DNA from: Mantamonas sphyraenae STR306
Taxonomy: Eukaryota > Protista > CRuMs
NCBI GenBank assembly: GCA_026936335.1
Contig: JAPMXV010000016.1
Span: 186,001-250,000, forward strand
Reading direction: 5' to 3'
DNA length: 64,000 bases
This document shows positions 11,484 through 23,086 of this stretch, one piece after another. Every line of letters begins with the position of its first letter. Position 1 is the stretch's first letter. A program made the translations under genes and the position numbers. The notes beneath the pieces are model-generated. The model was not told where the DNA came from. It was given only the letters and a program-made list of their open reading frames with translations, and ran no database searches.

Positions 11484-11550
11484 TGTACATTGTGTACCGA
11501 GTTTCCACCCACACGTCCCACTGCGTTCCATGTGGGTCTCATTCTCATCA

Positions 11551-13585
11551 TCATCGTTTGCGTCGTGATGTGTTCTTGGCATACAGGGTTTGCAGTTGCA
11601 ACAAGGCCTCCTGCAACTCTTGGTTCTCCTGTTCCAATTGGGCAATGCGTGCATCCTTCTCGGTGTCCCCTGCACCCCCTGCACCCCCTCCACCGCTCTG
11701 CTTTGCTGCTCCTTTGCCAATGCCAAACACGCTCTCATCCACAGGACCAAACTCGCTATGTCCTGGGCCTTCCCCGTTGTTGTCGTCGTCGTCGTTGGAT
11801 GCCATGAATGCACTCTCCAAATCCTCCACCCTGCTTTGGTACGCCTCGTTCTCCTTGAACAACGCCATGTACTGCTTCTCCAACTCACCGTAGTGTTCCA
11901 GGATGTTGCGGTTGTACGACACCAGCCGTTCGTTCTCCTGCAACAACACCCCCATGGTGCTGTCCCTCTTTTGGTACTCCGCTGCCACCGCCTTGTCCTG
12001 CGCCTTTGCAATCGACGCCAGCAGCGACGGCGAAAACTTGGGCAACTGCTCATCCACAGCTTTACCCAACCCAGCACCACCAGCACCACCGCTGCGTGGT
12101 GATGATGATGATGATGATGCCACGTGTTGTTGATCAGCGTACGGATGTCCCAATCCCACGTAGGACGATTGCCCCGCCTCACTCATACGCACATTCTCCA
12201 ACTCTGCCACATCCCCACCATACTCCACCAGCATGGCCTTGAGGAAGGTATTCTCCGTACGAAGCAGTTTGATTTCACTGCGCAGGTTGTACACCAATTG
12301 CTCATGGGCATTCATGCGTTTGACGGGCTTGTTCTTGATGTGCCTCGCCCAGCTGGCATACTTCAACGTGTTCATGCTCTCGTCTGCGTTGTAATGGGCA
12401 GGCGAACAGCATGCCACCATCATGGTGAGACCCGAGCCACCCAAGGAGTCCATGAGGAGCATGGTGATCTTGGACTCGCGGTAAGGAATGTGTCCGTCCC
12501 GCTTGCGTGGGTCACTCAGACTGGAGATCACCTTGCCCAATGCAAACAGACTCTTGTTGATGGCATTGGCCTCCTTCAACGTCTCCCCTTCGCTTTGCGT
12601 CTGCTTGACCCGTTCGCTTCCCGCCAAATCCACAAACGTCAGCTTGCCTCGCTGCATGTACTTGTGGCCATCCTGCGGATCCACCATCTGCCTGTCCACA
12701 TACACAATGAGCATGGAATGGGAACGGGACGAGTCACGGTTCAGTGCATGCGATCCTGTCTTGCGATTGCGCAACCCTTCGTCCACCACAGCCTGCAGAT
12801 CCTCTGCACTTGTGCATGACACCACAAGCATGTTCTCCACGTAGAAGCCATGTTCACTGTTCCATCGCACAGGCAATGATCCGGGCTGTGGGTTCAACAG
12901 GTCGATGATGCTCTCCTTGTACAGCTCAATGTGTGCCGCACTCAGATGCACACTCCCACCCGTCTCACCACCCTCCTGTTCACTCAATTGGAACACATAA
13001 TCAATGCTGTGTGCAATGATCCCATTCCCTGCCTCCCCATCCTCTGCTCCATACATCGTGTATGTCTTGCCACTTCCTGTTTGTCCGTACGCAAAGATCG
13101 TGGCTGAGAAGCCGTCAAACGCACTCTCCACCATCTGCGGTGCTCCACACTGCACAAAGAACGACTCCTGATCCACATCCCCTCCCATCGACGCATCGAA
13201 TGTAAACGATTGCCGTTCGCTTTCGCTGCTGCTGGCCTTTTTCCGCTGCGGCGCTGGCGGGTCGATCTGGGCCGTTACACACACACACACACACGCGCAG
13301 GCGTCAGGAGCGTGACGTGACTGTGCCCCATCCCATGCTTCCTATTGTTCACTTGCCCATCCTCCCCACCCCATGGCACACACACACACACACACACTCA
13401 CTCACCTCCACCGTCTGGCCGTCGTCCAACACGTCCATGTTGACCCTTGCCCCTCGCTGGTGCTCCACGTCTGTGAGAGGCCGTGTACGCACCACCACAC
13501 GGAACCCATTCTCCCGGATGGACTCCATGCCATCTACCACCATATCCAACCCCTGTGAGGCATCCAACAGGCTGCCAACAGACAT
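11551..13585 (-). CDS. KIF12: Kinesin motor, KIF12/kinesin-16-like; one intron ~13404-13267
   Basis: VVVRTRP, P-loop GQTGSGKT, switch I SSRSH, switch II DLAGSE, HIPYRESK. LPVRWNSEHGFYVENM resembles KIF12. C-terminal coiled coils. Subfamily call is from memory. Confidence 0.85.
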
Positions 13586-13673
13586 GGTGTGTGTGTGGGG
13601 GTGGAGTGAGCTCGCTTTGCCTGCGCCATCGCTTCCACACAGTGCCCCCTCTCTTTCTTCGTTCTGCACCTTC

Positions 13674-15014
13674 ATGCCATTGCTTACCTTTGCACTGGAA
13701 TCACCCGTGCGTACAGCTGTGGTATGGCGTGTGTGCATGGTGGCATGTGCAGTGGCGGTGTCCATGGTTGTGAAGGACTACGACACCAGCACGCAGGTGT
13801 TGCTGGCCCATTGGCAGGCCCAGGACGCTGCCAAGGCACCCCCCACCCGGGGGGATGCCCTTCTGCTGCCCATCCTCACTCCCTTCTTCAAATGGGATGG
13901 CATCTACTTCCTGGGCATTGCACGTGAGGGCTACCAAACCGAGCAGTTCCATGCCTTCCAACCCCTGTTGCCCTGGTTCCTTCGTGCCCTCGCCCGTCCC
14001 TTTGTCCTCCTCCAATGGCTCTCTCCCACCACTGCCCTCCTCCTGGCTGGCTTCCTCCTCTCCCACCTGGCTTTCATTTATTCCGTCCATGTCATGGCTT
14101 CCCTCAGTGCCTGGTTGTGTGTCCGCCACCCCCACGTCGGCCGCCTGGCCACTCTCCTCTACACCTTCAACCCTGCCAATGTGTTCACCATGGCCATTGG
14201 CTACACTACGTCCCTCTTTGCCCTCTGTGCTCTCAAGGGCATCCATGTCTACCACGTCCACGCCCCTTCTTGGTTCGGACAACTGATCCCCACCCTCCTC
14301 TTTGCCGCTGCCACGGCCATCCGCAGCAATGGCATGTTCCTCATTGGCATCTTTGCCTTTGATTACCTGCGTGTCCTACTGCGTCCCAGTGGCAGATCCC
14401 TCCTCACTCTTCTCGCCATGGGCCTTGCCACTCTCCTCCAGGCCCTCCTTGTCCTTGCTCCCTATCTCTACTTTCAGTACTGGGGCTACCAACGCTACTG
14501 TGTGCAGCTGCAGCCACCCAGTGTGCAGCCTTCCTGGTGTGCACAAACGCTGCCACACATGTACCCGGCCGTCCAGGCCACGTACTGGGACGTTGGTTTC
14601 CTGCGCTACTGGACACTCAACCAGGTGCCCAACTTTGTCCTTGCCGCTCCCATGCTCCTCACCATGGCCTATTGTGTGCGTGTGTACGTGCGCGACACCT
14701 ATCCACTCATGCTCAGCCTGGGTCTGGCAAAGGACGACCTCATTCACCCGCGCCATCCGTTCCTGTCGCCCATGCTGGCTCGGTACATGACCTACCTTGT
14801 GTTCTGGCTCGTCCTGGCCATCACCAACATGCACGTGCAGGTCGTCACTCGCACCATGATCCACATGCCTGTCCTCTACTGGTTTGCCGCCTATCTCCTC
14901 CTGCATCCAGCCGACGCTCACTACCACCGTGTCGGCCTCAACATCGTCACCTGGTTCTTTGCGTACAACCTGCTCGGCGTGGCTCTTTTCACGCGCTTCT
15001 ACCCGTGGGTATGA
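13674..15014 (+). CDS. PIGV: GPI mannosyltransferase II (PIG-V/GPI18)
   Basis: KWDGIYFLGIAREGY..EQFHAFQP, NPANVF, RSNG, YWDVGFLRYW..QVPNFVLAAP, MHVQVVTR, terminal FYPWV. Confidence 0.93.
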   Translation: MPLLTFALESPVRTAVVWRVCMVACAVAVSMVVKDYDTSTQVLLAHWQAQDAAKAPPTRGDALLLPILTPFFKWDGIYFLGIAREGYQTEQFHAFQPLLPWFLRALARPFVLLQWLSPTTALLLAGFLLSHLAFIYSVHVMASLSAWLCVRHPHVGRLATLLYTFNPANVFTMAIGYTTSLFALCALKGIHVYHVHAPSWFGQLIPTLLFAAATAIRSNGMFLIGIFAFDYLRVLLRPSGRSLLTLLAMGLATLLQALLVLAPYLYFQYWGYQRYCVQLQPPSVQPSWCAQTLPHMYPAVQATYWDVGFLRYWTLNQVPNFVLAAPMLLTMAYCVRVYVRDTYPLMLSLGLAKDDLIHPRHPFLSPMLARYMTYLVFWLVLAITNMHVQVVTRTMIHMPVLYWFAAYLLLHPADAHYHRVGLNIVTWFFAYNLLGVALFTRFYPWV

Positions 15015-15081
15015 GGCCGTCGCCAATGTACACCATGCAAATTTTGATTCACATGTAAATCACGAATGAGAAGCGTCGGCG

Positions 15082-16900
15082 TTAATTTCTGTTTGAATCA
15101 AAATTCTCAAACTTGCGCTCCTCTGGCTCCTGTGTGGGCGATGCAATGATGCGGCCCATCTCCACGCGGTCGCCAGGCTTGATGCGGATGTGCAGATCCT
15201 CCGGGCCTTCAAAGACAAGGACAACGGTGGAGCCAAAGGCAAACTGGCCGAGGCGGCTGCCGGCTTGGGCGGTAAAGTCGAGGGCACATGTCTCTGCGAC
15301 GGGCTGGGTGGAGGGTTGAAGAAGCTTGGGCATGGCGTAGGGCAGACTCTGGCGGTTGGTGGCCAGCAGGGCGGTGTCAAAGGGAAACTCCATGGAGCCG
15401 ACGTTGAGGGCGCCGACGGCCACGAGACCCATGTAGCCCTGGGACCAGCGACCATGGTACACAACGCGTTCGTTGACGACGTAGAGACCAGCGAGGTGAC
15501 GAGCGAGACCACGTCCGACAGGGAGGAGATGGCCATGGACATGGGTGCGGAGAGAAAAGGACAGGTCGCAAGGAGCATGGATGGCGTGGTAGTCGCCAGG
15601 ACCAAGGTAAAGGACCACATGGAAGATGCGTCTGCGTGTGCCACTGTTGCTGCTGCTGCTGCAGCTGGTTGCCAGGGGTGCTGGTCTCGTTCTGGCCATT
15701 GGCATTGGCAATAAAGGCGGGAGCATCGTCGCTGTCGCTGCCCTCGTGGGTCTGATTCCAGGTGGGCAGGCTATGCACCTTGCCCGTAAGGAGCACATGT
15801 TCCTTGGATCGGGAGTGGCTGAGATACTCACGCAACTGCAACACCGTCTGGCGAGTGGCGTCGTCCAGGTCCGTCTGCGAGTCCAGGTAGAGATCGGACA
15901 GAGCCAACAGGTCCTTCATGCTGTATCGGATGCCCTTGACCTGTTCCAAATAAAAGTCGGAAGGGTCATTGGGAGCCGTGGCATAGGTGGCTACGGCGGG
16001 GCTGCCTCCGTCGGGCAACAACTCGGTGCTGACACTCATCACCTTGCCATCCACAGGACTGACCAAACAACACTCCTGCTGCACTGCACCTGGTTCGGCA
16101 GTGGCAGCAGTAGACAGCTGTTCCACACGGCGTGCCCCTTGCTTGAGGTTGCGGTTGAAGAACTGCTTCAGGGTTTCATACTCCACCAGGGGTCGTTCCA
16201 CCTCGGCCAGTCCGCGTGGGTTGTACACCTGCATCCAGCCTGTGTACAACCTCTCACGCAGAGCCACAGGGATGGTCACCTCCCACAGTTGGCCCCACAG
16301 GAAGGAGGCCAATCGGGTGGGCACCAACTCCAGCTGGTGCAACACGCCGCGTTGGTGCGGTTCAATCTGCACCACCGCCTCCTTCTGCGCCGCCCCATAC
16401 TCCCATTCCGGTTCCATTCGGTCCATGCGTTGCATCCATGCCACATGGCTCATCCCAGGTGCCCACAACACAGCCAATGCCCCTGTGGTCCACAGCAGCA
16501 CTCGTCGTCCGCCCTTCTTTCCTCCCTTGGGTCCGCTCTTTGCTTTCTTCCCGTCACTTTGCCTGTGACTGCTCCTACTGAACCCACGGTGCAACACATG
16601 ACTGCGTGTGGCACTCCCACTGCTCCCAGAGGCAACCACAAGCGGACTCTGCGTGCCCACTGTGCTTTGCCTTGCCCATGGCTGGCTCACCGTGCCTGTG
16701 CTGGTGCCCGTGCTGGTGATCAACCCCCGCAGAGACGCACTGTGCTCCTGGGCCCCTCCCAGGCGCATGCCCACACGTGACACCACCCCATGCATCCGTA
16801 TCTTGCCCCCAACCATGCTGGGGCTGGGGCTGCTGGTCACAGATGAGCATGATCTCATGGTCATCACCGTTCGTGTCAACCGAGTGCGGCTGGACGACAT
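15082..16900 (-). CDS. PISD: Phosphatidylserine decarboxylase (mitochondrial type), split over two frames between ~15831 and 15630
   Basis: FFNRNLK, LVSPVDG and QVKGIRYS in ORF 15377-16900; YLGPGDYH, NERVV, VGALNVGS and self-cleavage motif FGST in ORF 15082-15831. Ser/Arg-rich N-terminal leader. Confidence 0.9.
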
Positions 16901-16994
16901 GGTGCTTGCTTGTGTTTGCTTTTGTGTGCCTGCTCATGCGCACATGCATTCTTCATTCCTTTGCGTGCATGGGTCATGATACTCCACACACCCT

Positions 16995-18084
16995 TCACTT
17001 GGACACCAGTGTCTCCATGAGTTGACGTGCCTCTTTCAGCTCAGCCAGCAACACCCCAAAGTCTTCCCCGGACACTTCGAAGCTTGTCTCCTGGCCCTCG
17101 CTGCTCAGCTTCAGTGACACGTTTGGCTGCTGCACCTCTTCCAACGACGAGCTGCTCAACACATAATCCACACGCCAATCCACCCCGCTCAATTTGTTCA
17201 CTGTGTGGTGTGTGTGTGTGTGTGTGTGAGTGGACAGCGCTCTCTCTCGGCAGAACCCACCCTCCACCACTCACGTTCCAACGACTCCTCTGCAAACGTA
17301 GCCTGCAGTCCCTCTTTGTTGTCACGATACACACGTCCGAACCCTTCGCTGTGTTCTGTGTTGTGTGTGTGTGTGTGGAGGGCAGAGGGTGAGATCTCCA
17401 GCGTTGCCCCGTGTACACCGTCTCTCTTCCTATCTCTCCACGTGGGCATCAACACCCGCTGCCTGCACCTACCCTTGGGCAGACCCAACTGCTGCAATTC
17501 CAGTGCCAGTGTGCCATGGTCTGTGTTGTACTTGGCCGCACTGGTAAACACAAAGTGCATCGCTGCGATGATGGCTCGCAGGTCGCTCTCGCCTGCCCTC
17601 TGTGTGTCAGTGCCCCCACCCCCCCCCTCTCCCTCCTTACACACACATCTGCAACGCTGAACGGGTGTCCCAACCCCTTCAACCCAGCCTGGAGAGGGTG
17701 CTGGATGCGTCCCAAGCTTGCTTCCTTACCCTCAATGGTGTCCTTGCACAGTTTGGCAATCTTGGCGTAGTCCATCTGCTCACCCAGCAGCCCCTTGATC
17801 ACCTGTTTCCCCAGCACCTTGACTCGCACAGACGACTGTGTCCATCGTAAACGCATGTTAACATGGTCAGAATACGTTTGCTACCCATCCCAAGTCTCCC
17901 TCACCACACCTACGATCTTGCTGAGCACCGTAAACTCGCGCAGGAGAAAGTCGGGGCAGTCCAATCCGCCGCAGAACCGGAATTTCTGCACACACACAGA
18001 GTGACAGGGGTGGGAACAGACAGTGTGTGTCAGTGATACAGATTCTCACCCATGCCTTGATGTGTCTCTCTCCTTACATACCAT
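16995..18084 (-). CDS. COMMD4: COMM domain-containing protein 4, multi-exon; first coding exon is only the ATG (18084-18082)
   Basis: M-KFRFCGGLDCPDFLLRE, DYAKIAKL, LELQQLGLPKEH, VDWRVDYVLSSS. Confidence 0.9.
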
Positions 18085-18143
18085 GGATGGAGGTGTGTTG
18101 CTCTGGTCCAGGCAACGCCATCGACTTTCCCCCACCCCCATCC

Positions 18144-18241
18144 ATGTCCAAGGCCTTCAGGGGGCTTGTCTCCAAAAAGAAAGTCCGTTTCCAGGAGGAT
18201 GGCTTCGACCTGGACCTCACATGTATGTTGTACAGGTTGTT

Positions 18242-18275
<34 letters not shown>

Positions 18276-19771
18276 TGCCATTTGTTTGTCCCTGACCCGA
18301 AAACCACTGCAGACATCACCCCACACATCATCGCCATGGGGTTCCCATCAACAGGTGAGTGTGTCAACAGACACCATGCCCCCCATGCGATGGACATTCC
18401 ACACATTCTCTCTGTCCATCCATGTCCCTGCAGTGCCCAGCGGGAGCCTGGGACGCACCGCTAACCAAATTCTGGCACTGACCACAGGCACCGAGGCCGC
18501 ATACCGCAACCCCATGGACGAGGTGCAAAGGTGAGTGTCGCACACTGTGCAAAACGGGTGGATGGACAGGTGGACGTGTGTGGAATCCTTGGATGACCAG
18601 CTTACCCTGTGTGGGGGCCGTGTGCAGATTCTTTGAAGAGCGCCACAAGGACCGCTTCCTGATTGTCAACCTGTGTTCCGAGCGAAAATACGACCACAGC
18701 GAGTTTGATGGCCATGTGCTTGAGTTTCCCTTTGACGACCACAACGCACCGCCGTTCAACCTCATTCCAGAATGTGTGCAGGCCTGTGTACGTCCTTTTG
18801 CCTGTTTCGGCAAAAACACGAAGGGCACAAGCTGCACGGCTAGTCTCGGCCCTTTCCCACCCACCACTGACACAGGGCGATTATTCCATCACACACACCC
18901 ACACCCACTTGTACCCACCTCTTGGGTTGTTTCCCCCACCCTCTGGTGATATTGTGTGTGCTCTCCCCTACCTTCCACCTGTGCTGTGCAGGCAGACCAC
19001 CTGGGGGAAAACGAGGACAACGTGGTGGCCATCCATTGCAAGGCAGGCAAAGGACGCACAGGAGTGATGGTTTCGTGTCTGTTGCAATTCTTGGAGCTTG
19101 CTGCGGATGCAGACGCAGCCTTGGAATTGTTTGGGGAGGCACGGACGTCGAACGGCAAAGGAGTGACCATTCCGTCGCAGCAACGCTTTGTGCAATACTA
19201 TGGACAAACGCTCAAGGCAAAGGTGGAGTATCCAATCAAACCACCCGTGCGAGTGATTGAGCGCATCCACGTCACCACCGTGCCCAGCTTCGATCTGGGT
19301 GGAGGTTGCGACCCTTACTTTCAGCTCTACACTGCCGACGGCGTGAAGTTCTTCCAGAGTGGCATCCAAGAAAAGGTGAAAAAGAAGGCCAAGTTCTTTA
19401 CCTTTGAGTTTCTGGAGCCCATTGCCGTGCGTGGGGACATCAAGGTGTTGTTCTGGGATTGGGATCGGGGATCCGCCGACGACGAAATGTTTTGGTTCTG
19501 GTTCAACACATACTTTGAGGACGACATCCTGACCCTGGACAAGACCCACACGGACGGTGCGGTCAAGGACAAGAGGAACGAGCACTTTGAGGATGACTTT
19601 TCCGTCGAGGTGACCTTTGGCACCCCGGACAACGACGACGCCGAACAGGCTGCCCTGGAGCAATTTGAAAAGAGCGTCAGGGATGCCTCTGAGCAAGCAG
19701 AGCAGACCCGTGCTCGCAGTGGTTCCAGTGCCAAGAAGAAGCGCAGTGGCAGCATTTTCGGACGAAAGTGA
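18144..19771 (+). CDS. PTEN: PTEN lipid phosphatase (phosphatase + C2), 4 introns
   Basis: VSKKKVRFQEDGFDLDLTYI, FPFDDHNAP, catalytic HCKAGKGRTG, GVTIPSQQRFV, C2 RGDIKV..MFWFWFNT. Confidence 0.96.
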
Positions 19772-19828
19772 GGTGTGAGGTTTGGTGTTTTTGATTTGAT
19801 TGGCCAGGAAGGATGCACACACACCTCA

Positions 19829-22800
19829 TCAAATGTCAAAAAAGACTGTGTCGCCGCCGTTCCCTGCTCCTTGTTCCCTGGTTGCCCCTTCCTCACCAGG
19901 TGGCGGTGCAATGGTGTCCACCTTGACCGGTGTCCTGTTGCGCTTGCCCACGTCTCGGATGAGCAGACGCACGTCATCATCGTCGTCATCATCGTCGTCA
20001 TCGTCGTCATCGTCTCCAATGTCAAACAAGTTTCCTGCGTGCAGACGAGCCAAGGCCACATCCCCACCTGCAGTGCTGTTTCCATGCTTGGTGCCTCGAC
20101 CCGTGTGGAAGCTGGGCATGCCATCCTCATCCTCTCCACGATGGCCATAGCCACTGTTGGTTGCCTCTCCCTCCTCATCATCGACTATCGTGTCCACATA
20201 ATCCGAATAGGGAGCGATGGCACTGCCAGCAGCTGTGCCCACCCCACCTGCTGCCACACCGCTTCCCCCACGTTTGCCCTTCGGTTTGCCCGCCTGCACC
20301 TTGGCCTTGTTGGCCAGGCTCCTACTCTTGCGTCGTGCGACCGTGTCATACTCTCGATCCGCGTGTGCCGAGGCCCCACCCTCGAGTTGCAGACTGATAA
20401 AGGTGAGGGAAGCATCGGCGGCGTCGCTTGCTGCACGGAACGTGGACGCAAAGACGCCGTCCTGATGCAACAACTCCTCCTGGCTGCCTGTTTCGATGTC
20501 CATGCCGTCTGCCAACACCACCACGGTGTCGCACATGTCGATGAGCGAACGACGGTTCGTGATGACCACACACGAACGCCCATTGAGCAGGTTTTCCAAC
20601 AGCGGCAACAGCTTCTCTGCCTCCTGGGCACTCACGTGCTCCAGTGGCTGATCCAACACCAGCAACTTTGGGTTGCGCAGGAACGCACGCGCCAATTCGA
20701 TGCGCTTGATTTCACTGTTGGTCAGCGGGTAGCCTTGCGCGCCAACGCGGGTCTTGTACCGATGGGGCAGGTTGAGAATAAAGTCTGCGGCTTGGGCCTT
20801 TTCCGCAGCCTCGCGGACCTGTTCCATGGTGACGTCGGCCACGCCAAAGGCAATGTTGTCTGCCACTGTCATGTTGAAGATCTCCGGGTGTTGCTGGAGG
20901 ACGTGTGTGTGTGCACGCAGCCACTGGGGGTCGATTTGGTGGATGGGGGTGCCATTGATGGCCACTCGTCCGCCGTGGCAATCGTACAGACGGGTCAGCA
21001 GATGGGCCACGCTGGTGCGACCGCTGTTGGGGGCACCCACAAGGGCCACATTGTGTCCATGGGCCACACGCATGGAAAAGTCGGTGAGAACAGGCAAGGC
21101 GGGGGCGCTGGGGTAGGCAAAGCGCACATGGCTCATCTCCACCTCCAACGGTTCGGCAATCGATCGCATGGGCGGAATGACACCGCCACGCGTGCGGATA
21201 CGCGGCACGCGGTCAAAGAGGTTGTACAGTCGACCCAAGAGGCGAAGCGTCGTCTCGAGGGTCTTCCAGGCGGCGGGCACTCTGCTCAAACGGCTGATGG
21301 TTTCGATGCCAAAGAGAAGGAAGGTGACCAAATGACCCACACTGATCTCCTTGTCCATAATCAACGATGCCGCATACCAGCTGCTCATGGCCACTGTGCT
21401 GAACACGACAAAGCGCACCCCCATCTCCACCATCCCCGAGGCAAAGGCCTGTCTCTTGGTTTGGCGGTAATGCACGTCTGCACGCTCCACATACCGTTCC
21501 GCCTGCCCGCCCTCCCCACGCAGGTTCTTGATGGTGCGTGCGTTGACGAGGGCATCCTGCGCCACCATCATGGCCCTCTCACGCGCCTCCTCCTTTTGCT
21601 TGCGGAACCGTGCATTGTTGGTGTCTTGGAAGTGGACAAAGAAGCCTACCACGGGCACCACACTACACAGCAGCAGCGTAAACTTCCACGACACCACCAT
21701 CAGGTAGGTGAACCCGCCAATCACCAGCATCCACGAGCCGAAAAACCCGTGGCTCAACCCAAGGATGTTGCCACCAATGGTGTCACAATCCATGGATAGA
21801 CGTGCCATCAGGTCGTGTTCCTTGTATGCGGTCAGGAAGCCCAGGTCCTGGCGAAGGTACGCTGCCACCAAGTTGACCTGCAACTTGGCCGAGTATCGCT
21901 CGGAAATGGTGGCAAAGGAGATGCGTTCCAGTCCTGCAAACAGGGCATGTCCTGCTGCCGTACCAATCAGGGCAATGACATTCTTGCGCACCTCCTCCTC
22001 ACGCAGCTTGCCCGTCATCGTCACCGCTTCCACAATGCGACCAATGTAGAAGAACAGGCACATGTACAGGGACACAGAGAGGATGAGACACAACAATCCC
22101 AGGAATAACAGCTCCAGTTCCGTTTCCATAAACAGAACCGCACGAACCTTGTCCACGCTCTCCGTCTCGGGCAGCTCCATAAAGTCGTCAAATTCGCTGA
22201 GGGCATCGTCGTCGTCGTGGTTGCCTGCCTCTTCCCCGTCGCTGTCGCTGTCGTCCAATGCACGTGAGCCACGACGGCTGCTGCTGTTGCTTCGTCTGCT
22301 GTTGCCTCCTGTGCCACGCCTGCGCGTGTACGCGTCTGAGCTCTCGCTCATGGCTTGGTCGGCTTCCTTCTTCCAGATTTTGCGCAGGATGCGGTGGAGG
22401 AACGAATTGCGGTCGTAGGCGGCGTTGGCGTCGTTGTGGCTCTCCAGAGCACTTGGGTCGCCAGAGAGGGAGGCCCGGTAGGCGTTGCGCACAAACTCGT
22501 CTGTTTCCAAGTCCTGCTCGTCGTCCTGGAGGGAAAACGGGTTGCCCACCTGGCCGGCAAAGGCGGAAAGGCCGCCGATGACGAGGTAGAAGGAGAATTG
22601 GATGAAGTAGATGAGGTGAGTGAGCACCGCCTTACCCTTGTAGAGGAAGAGGATGGTGGAGCGCAGTTTGATGGCCCCACAGATGAAGGAGACAATCCAA
22701 AAGAGGCGCAGACCCAGGCCGTGGTTGTTGGCGGTGCGGAATTCACGCGCCACAAGGGCAGACGAGAGGATCCACGCGAGGAAATGAAAGGCAGAGGAGA

Positions 22801-23086
22801 CCCAAAGGTACGGGGGAGGGTGTACAGGGTCGAGGAGCCTGTGGGCGGTGTTGACAAGGGGCAACACCGCAAGGACGGTGGACACGCGCATCTTGGTCAC
22901 TGTGGTCGCCGATGGGTTCCACGGCAGGAACACCTCTTTGTTGAGGAGCACCAGACGGGAGATGGCGTAGATGGAGAACAACACATTGGTTGTCGTGAAC
23001 AGGGAGATCTCCTCAAAGCAGTCCGCCCGTTCACTCAGCCACTCTTGCTCAGGCAGAAATTCTTGACCACCGCAGAACGACCCCAT
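19829..23086 (-). CDS. Half ABC transporter-like protein: TMD0 + ABCB-type TMD + degenerate NBD, intronless
   Basis: MRP-like N-terminus (FCG..W..CF); TMD with LRQD..F and RLSMD; NBD fold VRFAYPS..VL, INGTPI, LPHRYKTRVG. Motifs read GAPNSGRTS, LTNSE, LVLDQ, ITNR. Confidence 0.85.
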   Translation of the reverse strand: MGSFCGGQEFLPEQEWLSERADCFEEISLFTTTNVLFSIYAISRLVLLNKEVFLPWNPSATTVTKMRVSTVLAVLPLVNTAHRLLDPVHPPPYLWVSSAFHFLAWILSSALVAREFRTANNHGLGLRLFWIVSFICGAIKLRSTILFLYKGKAVLTHLIYFIQFSFYLVIGGLSAFAGQVGNPFSLQDDEQDLETDEFVRNAYRASLSGDPSALESHNDANAAYDRNSFLHRILRKIWKKEADQAMSESSDAYTRRRGTGGNSRRSNSSSRRGSRALDDSDSDGEEAGNHDDDDALSEFDDFMELPETESVDKVRAVLFMETELELLFLGLLCLILSVSLYMCLFFYIGRIVEAVTMTGKLREEEVRKNVIALIGTAAGHALFAGLERISFATISERYSAKLQVNLVAAYLRQDLGFLTAYKEHDLMARLSMDCDTIGGNILGLSHGFFGSWMLVIGGFTYLMVVSWKFTLLLCSVVPVVGFFVHFQDTNNARFRKQKEEARERAMMVAQDALVNARTIKNLRGEGGQAERYVERADVHYRQTKRQAFASGMVEMGVRFVVFSTVAMSSWYAASLIMDKEISVGHLVTFLLFGIETISRLSRVPAAWKTLETTLRLLGRLYNLFDRVPRIRTRGGVIPPMRSIAEPLEVEMSHVRFAYPSAPALPVLTDFSMRVAHGHNVALVGAPNSGRTSVAHLLTRLYDCHGGRVAINGTPIHQIDPQWLRAHTHVLQQHPEIFNMTVADNIAFGVADVTMEQVREAAEKAQAADFILNLPHRYKTRVGAQGYPLTNSEIKRIELARAFLRNPKLLVLDQPLEHVSAQEAEKLLPLLENLLNGRSCVVITNRRSLIDMCDTVVVLADGMDIETGSQEELLHQDGVFASTFRAASDAADASLTFISLQLEGGASAHADREYDTVARRKSRSLANKAKVQAGKPKGKRGGSGVAAGGVGTAAGSAIAPYSDYVDTIVDDEEGEATNSGYGHRGEDEDGMPSFHTGRGTKHGNSTAGGDVALARLHAGNLFDIGDDDDDDDDDDDDDDVRLLIRDVGKRNRTPVKVDTIAPPPGEEGATREQGAGNGGDTVFFDI

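Noticed and set aside
19775-21799. 674-aa + strand ORF antisense to the ABC gene (similar: 27006-29015, 5193-6413, 33890-35239, 1932-3233)
   Set aside because: Shadow ORFs opposite real CDSs. GC-rich codon bias removes antisense stops, and the translations show no recognisable motifs.
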